From positions 372,001 to 436,000 of the forward strand of contig JBEUKZ010000060.1 in NCBI GenBank assembly GCA_048128005.1: a DNA stretch of 64,000 nt, given 5' to 3'. A model generated the notes under the pieces. It saw nothing but the letters and a program-made list of their open reading frames with translations, had not been told where the DNA came from and did no database searches. Positions 1 to 12,903 of this stretch are shown piece by piece; position 1 is the first letter of the stretch; every line of letters starts with the position of its first letter. The translations under genes were made by a program, and so were the position numbers. Source of the DNA: Veleropilina oligotropha. Its lineage: Eukaryota.

Positions 1-869
1 TCTCATTGTTTTGGTAATTACCCTGAACAATGAGGCTCCTCGCTCTCCCATTCCTATTGTTCTTATATTAAGCCCACGGTATGTATTACTTGTTATAAAT
101 CCCGTTAGTATATATCAGGTAGAAAATGAGTGATACCAACACGGTCAAATATCTGATATCACCCCTTGGGGTTTATGGCCGAGATACGACAGTCGGCATT
201 GTTTGCTAAAATCTCTATTATGCAGCCACATACTGCGATTGCTCTTAACACTGGTGGCATATCATCATACGATTGGTGGAACGCGTGATTGTTCGATCGT
301 CAACTACTGGAGAAGATTCATCGCAAGAGCAATCGTAGGTAGTCTTGCGACTGATGATCACGATCAGAGCCCGATGAGATATAAAGGCTCGCGGTCGTGC
401 GTCGGCATTAATAGTCACCTAGCGCTCAAGGGGTGCGCTTCGTCGAACTTCTCAATTGCAACCCACAACTTCGTAATAAGCTCTACCTTCCAAGAATGGG
501 AAAGGCCGTAGTTTGATGACCCGCCATAATCTGATGTCGGGGATGTTTGGCTGAAAATCACCGATACCGGCCTCGCAGGACAATTCCGCCCGGGTCATGC
601 CAGCCAAACCACAGGATACGTTGACGACTCAGCAGGGGATGAAGCGGCGACAAGAGAAAAAAGGTGCCAGAGCTTGAGCTAACAGCAGAGCAAACTTTCT
701 GTGAATGGTTCGTGGACCACCCTCTGTTTTGCGGCAATTTAATAAACCGACAAACATAAGACCGCCTCCAGAGCAACGAGGACGGGGAGCTCAACATGAG
801 CGGTAATTAAATTTAGAAACCCATTTCATATCTCAACCATTGTGGGGCACCCGAAATGAATAAGCTTTG

Positions 870-1070
870 GTCCCCATCTACCGTGAGCCTGGGCTTTACT
901 TTGAGAAGCAGTTCGTGGAACATGCGCGATTCCATGCGTATGTCGTTGGTGAAATCATCCTGTGACGCTCTTCCACTTCACTCATCATATTGATGTAGCT
1001 GCCGTATAAGGATCGCCTCTCGATCCAAGGACCCAGTATTAATTGGCGCCTTCTTTATTTGATGGTTTCA
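870..1070 (-). pseudogene. PIF/Harbinger transposase N-terminal remnant
   Basis: Manual minus-strand translation gives PWIERRSLYGSYINMMSEVEE..DDFTNDIRMESRMFHELLLKVKPRL. This resembles the W.RPW..RR..G.Y..L..EL...F.N..RM....F.ELL..V.PR N-terminus of Harbinger transposases. Confidence 0.55.
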
Positions 1071-1744
1071 TCGGAAAAGCACGACTGTGGCCACTGCACC
1101 CTATGCTGATGTTGCACCATCTAAAGCTGGGCCAGCATAAGTTCGAGGAGGCTCTAGTACATCTGCCATAGGGATATTCTCTCTTCGGTAGGCGCAGTAT
1201 AGAGTGACCTGATCCCAAGAAGCCAATCCAAATATGGTGGCATCGAAAAGCTAAAGACTGACGGTGGCACGTACATTTGCACGATCAATCGTGAAACTGC
1301 TTAACCCGCGATCATAGACGACAGGTGCATGCAACCATTCAAGACTGGTCGACAGTGGTCTGTCTTCGACCTCTTGCGATTTGAAATAGCAGATCAGAAG
1401 TTTTGAACATGATCATCGGCTTTGTCGTGACTGATTTTGTTCTTGCGATCACCCACGACCTCTGTGACCAGTAGTGCTGTTTCTAAGATCTCCAAAAAAA
1501 AATTGTCACAAATAGGCTGTAGCCTGGTCCGTTTCCCGGTGTGACTGGGGCTCCACGCATGATATCAAAGCCAATTAAAGTGTCAATAACTTTATTGCTA
1601 TATAACTTTATTGCGTCACATGACCATGCTCCGGACTCCGATAACACTTCACTGTTATGCCAGCGTGGTGGTATCGGGGTCCGATGCATACCATGAGGAA
1701 TGTGCGCAAGGGGGGGGGGGGGGGGGGTAACCGTCAACTCGCTA

Positions 1745-2200
1745 AAGTGTACGACATACGGAAAGTGAGCCCACAAGGGGTGTAGTGGGGTGAAAGCAGA
1801 GAGTGCGACGTTCCTGTGCAGGAGAGATGTTCCACTGGTGGAGGATGCAGAGGAGTGGCATGTCTCTGTGGGACAGATTGACGAGTGAGGGGTTGAGAAG
1901 ACGCTGGGGGCGGCGGCGGTTGGTGGCTTTGTGAGGCGGAGCAGACGCAGATAGTCTGGATATGTGGAGCGGAAGGACGATGCCGATTGGGTGCAGGGCT
2001 GCACCAGGTCCGTCGTGAATGGGCGAGCTCCTACCAGCTGACCAAGGAAAACGTGGCAGCGTGCTGTGTCCATTGACATGCGACGGATGTGAGTTATACA
2101 GAGTGATGCTCAGGACAGAGCCAGATGGAGAGGAGCCATATGAAGGACAAGGGCGCACAAACGCTTGGAAACTTGCCATTTTCTCCGACATGATGATGAC
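1745..2200 (+). mobile_element. RTE-clade LINE 3' fragment (degenerate)
   Basis: Plus-strand translation VRRSRRR*SGYVERKDDADWVQGC..GRAPTS*PRKTWQRAVSIDM..AQDRARWRGAI matches the RTE ORF C-terminus. An (ATG)n tail follows at about 2190. Confidence 0.7.
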
Positions 2201-3124
2201 TTTAGCTATTCTCTACTACAATCATGTTAACTGTACACAAAAATAATCAGGCAGTACTGGTATGTTTATCACAGATCAAAGAAGATGTACTATTACCCTA
2301 TGAAAGCTGAACAGGTCACCGGATTCAATATATTGACATCCAAATCAACGGATTCGTTATATTGATCTGCCATCTAATAAACATGACGTTATAACTAATA
2401 CCATGCGTTCGCCTTTTGGTCAATGGGAGTGGACAAAAATACGCAGCCCTATAAATATGTATTGGTGTCATCAATTTTAGCTTAATAATGCATGCTCTGA
2501 ATACTGTTATTCAATATAGTCAATTATGGTGCGTACGTAATTATTTTATAATATGTATTGAAATGCAATTTGATAATAATATCTGTCCTTAATAATAATA
2601 AGGATGATGTCCATTGTTTATAACATTCGTTTAATGAAATTATCCTATTATTGCTAGTACACTCCCGTTTGACTGGTGCAATTTTTTACAGCTGGGGTAA
2701 ATAATAAATCAGCCTATAAAATATTCCCTGTGGATTTCCCAGAAAGCTGGCCATCCTAGAATTATTCCATGGTGGGTATATAAATGAAAAAATGACACCA
2801 GCCTTTTACAGCAGACGGTGTCCACCTATCCCCATTGGCCCCCCGGGTATTATACAATACGGAAGATATAGATGTAAATGTATTACATGTTTACGCCAAA
2901 TTACGGTATTATGATATGAATTGAATGTCACCTGAGGTCAACTGATGCGGTATAATTCCGGTCTCCATGCCTGCAAACCCGTGATATGCCATTGAAAATT
3001 ATTTTACTCTCTGCGTGCTTTGTATTTATTTATATCTATCACTGACCTTTTGTTCAATGTATAAGTAATTCTCAATTATATGTAAACCACTTATATACAA
3101 AAAAGGCTAAATAAACTTGATCGG

Positions 3125-3200
3125 TAGTTGGTCACTCCGTACCCAGTCACTTCGTACCCACTTTTTTGGTTACTCCATACCCAAACCACTCCGTACCCAA
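3125..3200. repeat. Short tandem repeats (CACTYCGTACCCA), probably part of a non-autonomous element
   Basis: Four imperfect copies are visible. Confidence 0.6.
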
Positions 3201-3529
3201 AAGAGAATTATTTTATTTAATGCATTTATGCATGTGTTTACTTGTATGTATACAGAAGCTTGTACTGAGCCCCACCACCTCCCTAAAATTTCGAATGTCT
3301 ATCTTTTATGATATATATAATATAAAGAATGGACTAAATTAGAGTGAATTCATTTTGTTATAAATTTAAACTATCCGAAATCGACACTTACCGATATGTC
3401 TTCATCCATTATGTCTTTGTGATTTCAACCGAGGTAGAATTAACGGTCCCGAATTAACATTATAACTTTGAGACCTGCTTTATTGTAGCCTACGTTACAC
3501 GACATGCAGGCAGGCAATAATGTCACGTG

Positions 3530-3695
3530 ATATTATTGCGTTCCTCGCAATAATATTGCGTTCCCTCGCAATAATATTGCGTTCCCTCGCAATAATAGTG
3601 CGTTCCCTCGCAATAATATTGCGAGGCCACGCAAATTTATTGCGAGGGAACGCAATAATATTTTTTTATTTCCTGACACTTTTGGGGCTCCGTAT
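3530..3695. repeat. 21-bp tandem repeat array with an inverted last unit (MITE/HINE-like)
   Basis: Four to five copies of TTCCCTCGCAATAATATTGCG, followed by an inverted copy, TATTGCGAGGGAACGCAATAATA. Confidence 0.75.
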
Positions 3696-4306
3696 ATATC
3701 GATCTTATCTTCGCGAAATGTGTATGAAACTGCGCGAACCGTGCGATAGATGGTGATCAGTCATGCTACACAGTCATGAAAAGAGCGCATTTAAGGGCAA
3801 TAGTCGCTTTAATTGGATTTTATAATAATAAATATATATTTATAGCTGAAGATTGTTAAGTGGACTGTTAGTGCACCTAACAGGTGCGGGTTCTAATTCT
3901 AGGCTTAGAACGTTTATCAGTTAACAGTCACAGTTGTCCAAAACTGTTGGGTTTTACCAGCAATAATATCGACATGTCCTGCCATAACCTGAAGGTTGTT
4001 AACACGACATAAAGCATAGATCCAAATCCAAGTGACCATAATTGTGCTGAAGACACCAAGTCGGAAATTAACCTGATGAAATAAACTTAAAATGTTTGGC
4101 ATATTTGCAGGTTTCATGAATGACTATTGCCAGACATATTCATTGGTAAAATGTTCTTACCACCTCTCCACACCCGAAGGTCAACATCTCTAAATTGACC
4201 TAAATCAGCTCGTGGATTAAGATAATGAAACATACTTCAAAAGTTTCCTCATAATGTTTTTGAAAATGTTTAGCACAAGACGGTAAAGTCCCATTTGATT
4301 TGATAA

Positions 4307-4340
<34 letters not shown>

Positions 4341-4621
4341 CAATTAGATGCTGCATCATCTTCATCACACACCAGTCCATTAAAATTCGGATTCGTTGTC
4401 ACCTTCCTTGTCTGTAGTTACTGCCACTCACAAACAAACAGCTTGGGATACTCCTTAAAGTCGGTGAAAGATATGATTATAATTGTTGTAGGGTATTATA
4501 ACTCTATAATGATCATAATAGCACAAGATCTCATATCTGATCAACTTTACCGGCCGTTTGCATCAGTTTGTTGTAGAGTGCTTCATTGACAACTCAAATG
4601 TTGCTTTGTACATATTATTAT

Positions 4622-6000
4622 GTAGTAGTAGTAGTAATCTTTATTTATCAAAACAGGGTAGCTATATACAACAAAAGCTGATTTCCATATGGGCCCTGTT
4701 GTCACACAAGAAACATGCTACACATATAACAGGCCAACTTAAAATATAATATATAAAAGCATAAAATTTAGGAAACTATGTTATTTATGATGTTAAAAGA
4801 ATGCAATGTCATACAATTATAAATATTAAAATATATACATAAAATATATACATAAAAGTCACACATTAAAAATTTAACAATGTCTGTTTGCGAGTGAAAA
4901 CCTTATGTATTTAGACTTAAAGGATAAAATGGTATCACAGTGTTTTAAATACATTGGCAGTGAATTCCATAATTTTGCTGCTGAGAACCGAAAACTTCTT
5001 TTGCCTGCTAGAGAAGTTACCATAGGCAGAAACATGTGTTTCTTACAGACTTGTTTGGTGATGTGATTATGAATTGAGGCGGTTTGAGTAATTAATTGTG
5101 ACAGGTAAGAGGGGGTAAGAGAATTTTGAATTTTATAATACATTATCACTTTATGTAAGGCCACCCTCTCATTACATGACAGCCATTTAAGCTCTTGTAA
5201 AATATCATCTACATGGGTTCTGTGATGACATTCCAGAATAATTATAGCTGCTCTGTTTTGCAGTCTTTGCATCCTGCTTAGTAAATCCATGCTACAGTTT
5301 GACCAGATAACATCGACATAGTCAAAAAGTGGTAAAGTCATTGCATTATATAAAAGTATACTGGTGTCCCTGGTAATATATGGTCTAACTCTTTTGAGTA
5401 CTCCTAATCTTTGTGATATTTTCGTATGCATTTTGTTTATATGGTCTTCCCAGGTGAGGGAGCAATCAAAATACGCGCCCAAGTATTTGTAAGTTGGCAC
5501 TTGGGAAATGTCTGTTCCATTTATTTGTATATTAATTTGGGGAGCATTATGTAATCTTTTTGATGTACCTAGTAGCATCAATTTAGTTTTACTAATGTTT
5601 AGAGTTAGTTTATTATCATTTAGCCATTGCTGTACAAGGAAGAGCTCGTTATTTAATATGTGCTCGATCTCATTAGCATCTTTAGATGCGTAGAATATAG
5701 CTGTATCGTCAGCATACAATACAACTTTGGTTTTCGTCAGGACGGTAGGCAATTCATTTATGTACAGTGTAAAAAGAAGCGGGCCCAGGATTGATCCTTG
5801 AGGCACGCCATAATCAATAGGCAAGCTTTCACTTATGGTATCATTTATACATACATTTTGTTGTCGAGTAGTAAGGTAGTCAGAAAACCAATTTAGGGCC
5901 ATGTCTCTTACTCCTATATTACTCAATTTGCGGAGCAGTAGTGTGGTATCTACAGTGTCAAAAGCCTTTTTCAAATCTAAGAATACAACCCCATACATTA
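4622..6000 (-). mobile_element. 5'-truncated CR1/L2-group LINE (RT ORF 4874-5998)
   Basis: RT motifs FLDLKKAFDTVD, GVPQGSILGP and YADD; 3' UTR with AATAAA and a (TAC)n tail at about 4622-4646. Confidence 0.9.
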
Positions 6001-7615
6001 TTATTATTTATTTAATACATTTATAATGCGCCTATTCTAGTGTAGCTCTAAGCGCAGTACAAACTATAACTAATATTACAGTACAATGTACACAAGAATA
6101 TACAGGAGAGACATCAATGATACATACTATGAATGCAATAAGCAATAATAATAATAAACAGAATATTTTGTTGTTGAGTTTTTTCAATTTTATTAATTTT
6201 TTTTTTACAAGCGCAATCAGACAAAGAGGTGAAGCAGCCCCTGCGTGAACTTCAACCAACTTTGAATGGTACAAATGATGAATGCTATAAGCAATAACAA
6301 TGAACAGATGTGAAGCAGTCATTACTGTCCTCCACTATACTACGATGTCAGCTGAATTGTTAGTGAGATTTGATCAGGTTGGCATATACATCAGCAAATA
6401 GGTGTGTTTTCAACGTCTTCCGAAAACTTTCCTTTACTTTAGATGGGAGTTTGTTCCAGAGTTTTGGGGCATTGTTGATAAATGCTCTATCGCCATATTT
6501 ATTCATTGTTCTATTCTCTGTCAACTGTTGTAATTGCTGCGACCTAAGTGCTCTAATAGGTCGATATTGAGCCAGAAGTTCAATAATATATCCAGGCGCT
6601 TTTCCTTGAAGAGAATTGTAAACGAATGTAAGAATTTTGAAGATAATCCGTTTCTCAACAGGGAGCCAGTGTAGGCTATATAGCAGCGGGGTTGCATGGT
6701 CCCTTGGCTGGGCAAGTAAAATCAGCCTGGCTGCAGCATTCTGAACTTGCTGTAATCTGTTAATGAGGCTTGCGTTTATTCCGAAAAGTAAACTGTTGGA
6801 ATAATCAAGGCGAGATATGACATATGCATGCACAAGAAGCTTCGTTGCTTCTGGTGTTAAAAAACGACGGATGCGTCTGATGTTTCTTAGAAAGAATAAT
6901 GAGCATTTAACTTTATCAGAGACGAATTTTTCCATCGACATAGTGTTGTCGAAGTAAGCACCCAAATTTCTTACAAATTCGCTGGAGTTTATTTCAGTTT
7001 CACCAACTTGTAGGTTTACATCTCGGACCTTTGTGATGTTACTTCTTGAGCCAAATATAATAAACGCAGTTTTATCATCATTGAGTTTCAGCATGTTTGT
7101 GCACATCCAGTGTTTGATCTCCGAAACACAGCTCTCCAATATGTCTAGGCTTGCCTTGAAGGAGCTTTTGTGATCAAATGCAACATATATTTGACTGTCA
7201 TCTGCGTAGAAATGATAGGACAGATTATATTTGGAGGCAATCTCTGCTACGGGTGTGACATACATCGAAAACAGAATCGGACCTAAGACGGAACCTTGTG
7301 GCACACCGTAAGGGAGAGAGGCAGGGTCACATTTCATGCCGTTTATGACGACGGTTTGTTTTCGCTCATGTAGATATGACTTGATCCATGTAAGCGCTGA
7401 TTGCTTGATTCCAAAGTAGGCGTTCAGGCGGTTAAACATAATTTGGTGGTCAATCGTATCGAAAGTTGCACTCAGGTCAAGCAAGGCGAGAGCAACCATT
7501 GATTTCTGATGTAGAGATTGAAGTATGTCATTCTGAACCTTTAAAAGGGCTGTTTCTGTGGAGTGAAACATGCGATACGCTGATTGGTATTTGTCCAAAA
7601 GCATGTAGCTTAATG
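6001..7615 (-). mobile_element. 5'-truncated L2 LINE (RT ORF about 6360-7610)
   Basis: Motifs YQSAYR..HSTETAL, LDLSATFDTIDH, GVPQGSVLGP, YADD and LHWLPV; L2-type 3' end GGCGCATTATAAAT..(AAT)n. Confidence 0.9.
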
Positions 7616-7676
7616 TAGCGACCAGCATATGATGTTTCCAAGTTTGTTTGTGAATAGACGGAATGAAGAAGAACTC

Positions 7677-7773
7677 ATCCGTCATAAACCTGTAGGCTAC
7701 ATAACTGATCCGTCATAAACCTGTAGGCTACATAACTGATCCGTCATAAACCTGTAGGCTACATAACTGATCC
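7677..7773. repeat. 31-bp tandem repeat, three copies
   Basis: ATCCGTCATAAACCTGTAGGCTACATAACTG is repeated three times. Confidence 0.9.
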
Positions 7774-7789
7774 GTACCTCTGTGTCTGC

Positions 7790-9300
7790 AATAATTATTA
7801 TTACCGTCTGGAGTGTTGAAGCATTTTCATTTTTTGATTTTTCGGTTTCACATGCGCCATCACCGTGTGCGATTGACAGTGGGTACATAGTAATTGAGTA
7901 GGTGATAACATTTCGAAGGTCAAACGCTGGCTCTCTGTATTTGTTTGGGCTTTCTGTGACGTCGCATTCTTGTTCGTGTTCTGGGCAGCGAAGTTCTGTA
8001 AATGTGTGTGTTTGAAGAGTCGAAGAAAAAGACAGCTGTTATTGTCCAATTCAACATGAAATTTGTTTTTCATCCTGGCCTCTTTTCAGTGTATTGATTA
8101 ATACGATTGTAGCCTTAGATGCTGCTTGGCCGGTTGCAACATTCACCAATACAGTTGGGACATCATCGGTGCGCGGATTGCAGAATGTTGCACCATGCAT
8201 ACGGCACTGGAACATTTTCCTCTAGTTCAAGCCCAGCAAGTGTTCTTAGCTCGATGCGTCATGCCCAGCAGACAACGGACGTTGTTACAACGTTGTAAAA
8301 ACGCCAATGACGTTGTCTTTCAAATGACCACCGGCGCATTGCGTTCTCGGAATTTCGAAAGGAAATGAGCCCCTTCATTTTAGATGCATCATCACGGTTA
8401 ACCGTCTGCTCCAAGGTGGGATCCACATCCGATCTGCTGTAACCCTTTCTTGTTCGTCTGATGAAGAAGACACAATTCTCCAATACTTCACGCAGGTTGT
8501 GGTCTTAACTTTTTAATGTCTGCAGAAAAAGTGTTCCTCGCCTTGCATATTTTGGTCGGTTCAGTACACTGCCAACATAGCAGGAAATACATGGATGTAA
8601 CACCGATGTCATTCGTTTTTACGAATCTATGTATTTACGCTTATATTGTAACATGGTCAACAACTTGTGATTACCCAAAATTCCCCACAAGACTCGACTG
8701 GAATTATACATCTTACATCTGCAGATGATGGGTGATAACTGGATCCGATAGGTGTTCTTCGGCTAGTAGTCTAGTGTCCGAAGGCATTATGGACATTACT
8801 TGTTGGGATAATTAAATTGTAATCTTCTTCAGGTAGGCCTATGACAACGGCAAAGAGTTCACACAACATCAGCTATAAGACGTTAAGAAGAAGCTAACGG
8901 ATCTTCGCGCATTTGTTGTACGACTTCCTATTGATGAAATCCGTCATCGAACCTTTCGTTAAAACATCGGATTCGGCTTGTATGAATTTCATTCCACTTT
9001 CGTTCATAAGTGTGCCAACTGCTCAGTAGAATTCCAGCTGAATATCGAAATTATCCGGATTTATCAACAGCTACGTCAAACAAGGTGGTTTTCATAGCGG
9101 ATTGAATAGGATTTCCATGCAATGGCCAAAACAATATGAGACAACAGCACAATCATGGCATGTTTCCTTTGCAATATTGAGGGTCCGGACCACGGTCTCT
9201 CTCACCATATCGTTGTTGGTTGGCGATCTGAATACTGGGTCCATGTAGCAAATTCTTCGTAATGGTAAGTTGTTCTTGATGTAATTGCTCATACATCCAG
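7790..9300 (-). pseudogene. Degenerate Academ-like DNA transposase
   Basis: Frameshifted pieces: ICYMDPVFRSPTNNDMVRET..VVSY; LNRPKYARRGTLFL; FFIRRTRKGYSRSDVDPTLEQTVNRDDAS..RRW. The family assignment is from recalled motifs. Confidence 0.55.
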
Positions 9301-10568
9301 CATGTAATCTGGGACTACTATACTAGTATAATAGTCCCAGATGTAAATGTTGTGTTTCTTTCCTTAGTTTTCCTATCAATTCCTGATCCAGTACATTAGA
9401 GGTATATTGCATTATTTCGTTCTACAGGCAACTGTTGCTTTCAGTATTATGTGGCAATCCGGAGGTTTATCTTCTATGTGACAGAAAGCAATATCAAAGT
9501 AACATAATGTAAATACACAAAAATAACATTGACCTTGTAAATATACAAAGGTGACAATACCTGATGGTATACAAGATATATGCCAAATATGAAAGGAGTA
9601 GGTCCAGTGGTTGTGTCTTCTATTTGACAGACCTTTATCACAGCGACCTCATGTTTGAACTTATGCAATGCCTTGATTGTTAGTATACTAGATGTGTGAC
9701 AAATAAAAAAGGTGTTAGTGAAGGGGTTCGTTTTCTATCCGACAGAAAACAAATGTGTTATACGACGACGATGGAAGCCAGTCCACGACTATATATATCC
9801 CAAACCAAAACTCTCTATAATTATGTATCCATCTCTGGCTTTGCATATCAGTAACTGGCAGTTTTATTAAACACTATATCACAAAGTGATAGTAACCATA
9901 TTATTTTATTTATATGAAATATAAACAAGAAAACTTCCTTCCTTTCATTGATTTATCGCATCTTAAATGACAGTCCCTGCCAGGATGTTCTATTTATAAA
10001 CCGACGCGTTTGTCTGCGAGCATATTTGTTCTTGCAGCTATATCATCTGTCTGCATATACGTACCTTACACAATGTACCAGCAGTATCATATTATGCAAT
10101 AATTCTTTAGCAAGTAAATTCTATTCAAATATATATACATTAGGGGCCTATGTGTGTCAAACCCGGACGGTTTACTTATCTCATCTTCTATATACATTAC
10201 GTATTATAGATTGACCTATGGCCTGATATGAACTAAATATCCTGTCAGTACGTGTGCGGAACGCGGACTGAATTCAGGCAAGTTCCTGTATATAATTGTT
10301 TAGATATATATTTGCCGTTGTTTCGTATTGAGATTTATTTCGCTATTAACTTCTCTTATACCTGTTGTATGTCACATAGATCTTTTCATGACATTGTTTT
10401 AGTAGATATAATCCTGACATTGTCTGTCAACCGTGTTACCACTTCACGACCACAAACATTGAGACATTATGATAGACGGGGTTGTTGAAGGTTTCGAGCC
10501 GGAAAAGGTAAAGGTCAATTATTGTGATCTTATTGGAATCTCTGCGACTAATAATTGACGAACATTTA

Positions 10569-11580
10569 GGCCCGAATTCATAAAGGTGTTTGAACTTTTA
10601 CACGTGGGTAAAAATAATAATCGCACGATCATCGCTTATTTACACTTAGTCACCGATTCATGAAAGTGCTGGCGCACGATCAAATTTTAACCGTCTGCGA
10701 TCAAATAACAAGTTTTAATCGCCAGTGAGGGGTTTGTTTATGTGTCCGACTAAATCGTTCATATGGATTTACAGGATCTCAAAAGAATTGTTTCTTTGGG
10801 TATTTTCTTTGAAGATGACCTGCTGCCAAATACGAGGAGAAATCATTAGCTTATACGACTTGAACAATTGTCAGTTACACTGCATTTTTATGCGATAGCG
10901 TCGGTTGAAATGGATATTGTGGACATGTGTGGAGTTTCCCACCAACATGTTTCAAGGTTGTTCTTCGTGGCACTATAGCAATTTGTGCAAGAAGTTTATA
11001 TTCCTGACACCCCACAAGAGCGAAGAGTTATTGGGGGTTTCTACGAGATAATACCATTTCCTGGCATAGTATGCAATATTGGTTGATTCCATGTAGCAGT
11101 TGTAAGTCTTGGTGCCATATTTGTTTTAAGGTTTTTTAAAATGAAAGGATATTACGTCCTCAATTACCAATTTGTGTGTGTTCTCGGATATATTCTTATG
11201 AATGTCGTTGAAATATGGTATGGATCAACACATGACCATCTGGTGTGTGAAGAACAATTTTTGCAGCTATTCACGAAATTGTTGGCAGGGTAATATCGAA
11301 TATCTATTTTCTTCTCTCAAGCAAGCGCATTTGCCTTCGTTTTCACCCTCTTCCATAACTCTCGTAAATTCTTGGCAGACGATTTTGCTCGTTGAAAAAA
11401 ATTACCAACATTCGTTTTGATATAGCATCCCATGCAGTCCGTTACTTCTGTAGTGAGCTGGCGCGTCATTTCTCTATCTTCCACAACTTTCGTTTGTTAA
11501 AGGTGCTGACCCCGAATCAATTCCGTAAAATGCGATGTAACGTCATTTAATCTGACATTTTCTGTCCCGGTATGTATTCT
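10569..11580 (+). mobile_element. Decayed PIF/Harbinger transposon: left TIR, transposase remnant (+, about 10800-11290) and Myb/SANT ORF2 remnant (-, about 11310-11570)
   Basis: TIR GGCCCGAATTCATAAA. Plus strand reads EQLSVTLHFYA..FPGIVCNIG*FHV..KGYYVLNYQFVC..VVEIWYGSTHD. Minus strand reads TAWDAI..NLRELWKRVKTKA. Confidence 0.7.
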
Positions 11581-11772
11581 TTGCATACCGTTTGTGTTAA
11601 AAACTCACAACGCAGTATGTAAAATTGAAAACCCATTTATTATCATAAACGGTATTATTCAACAAATACTTTGGCATGTTTTGGGGACAGCTCGACCTAT
11701 CTTACAGCTAATCATAAAAAACATTATATTGTAAATAATTGATAACAAATAATGACCTAACGTAATTGACCA

Positions 11773-12098
11773 CCAGTTGAGTTGCGAGAGCTACCGGTCA
11801 CTGAGGCATAGTGAATGTACAAAAACCAGTTGGGTTGCGAGAGCTACCGACCACTGGCGTGGAAAAGAATAAACCAGTTTGGTTGCGAGGGCTACCGGCC
11901 ACTGGTGAGAAAATTAAATTTATTTGTAGTGAATGCACAAAAACCAGTTGGGTTGCGAGAGCTACCGGCCACTGGCGTGGAAAAGAATAAAACCAGTTGG
12001 GTTGCGAGAAAAAAATAATTAGGAAAAGTTATATTGTCAGTCGGAGAATGAAAAAAAAAAACTTAACCAGTTGATTTGCGAGAGCTACTGGCCACTGG
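11773..12098. repeat. Array of six ~32-nt hairpin repeats at the DIRS 3' end
   Basis: CCAGTTGGGTTGCGAGAGCTACCGGCCACTGG variants at about 11773, 11826, 11873, 11944, 11993 (partial) and 12067. Confidence 0.85.
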
Positions 12099-12587
12099 AA
12101 ATGTTATGCATAGATCAAGTAAATGAATAGATAAAAATATGATGATAATGACTCTTTAGTTATAGATACTTTTTGAATTGGGGAGAATCAAATAGCTAAA
12201 ACGAGGATGAAAGCCAAGTGTCTCCAAAAGAAAAGTAGATGTTATATATACAGTAAATAAAACATTACTAAATAATACATATAATACAAAATATCAAGAA
12301 ATTCGGATCATCACATGTATCTAAGCAATAGCTTTTGTACACATAGCCTGTTGAGCATGTTGTAAAGCACAATCATTTACGCGGATGTACCGACAATAGC
12401 AATCTGATGACCAATGACCCAGCGTTATAATGAGATGATCAAGAAAGGAACATGCAGCAGCTGTTGTTGCTGCCCCGATCCTAAATGAATGACCGCTATA
12501 CCTAGTAGGCGTGTACCCTGCCACAGCCAGCAAATGCTTCAGACATGAGGTAAAATAATCTCTAGTCAATGGGTTGTCATTTGAACA

Positions 12588-12903
12588 CGAGGAATTATGC
12601 TTAATGTCCTGTATGTTTATAACATCGAGGTTCAAGGCAGGACATGTCCGTGTTGTCGCGGGAGGAAACCCCGGTCGCCGGGTAAACCCGCCCTCTTCGA
12701 CCAGTCACGGACAACTGTGCTTCATAACTTGAACAAATGTGTGCTGCCTCAGCCGGGGGTCGATCCCACTACTGTTCGCGTCAGCGGAAACAAGCCAGTG
12801 AATTTAGAGTGGACACTCTACCCACTGCGCTACCGAAGCGGCCATTTAGATGATGGTCAACGTGCACTATTGCAGCAACAGATAATTAGCATAATATGTT
12901 TTT
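12588..12903 (-). mobile_element. tRNA-derived SINE inserted in the DIRS YR gene
   Basis: A box TAGCGCAGTGG and B-box-like GGATCGACCCC; 11-bp TSD TCATTTGAACA (12577-12587 and 12904-12914); a second copy lies at 54021. Confidence 0.85.

Noticed and set aside
3520..3756. Repeat protein (AIILRSL)n
   Set aside because: It is the translation of a 21-bp DNA tandem repeat.
11773..12098. CRISPR array
   Set aside because: The context is eukaryotic, no cas genes are present, and the spacers are repeated and variable in length. The array lies in the DIRS 3' region.
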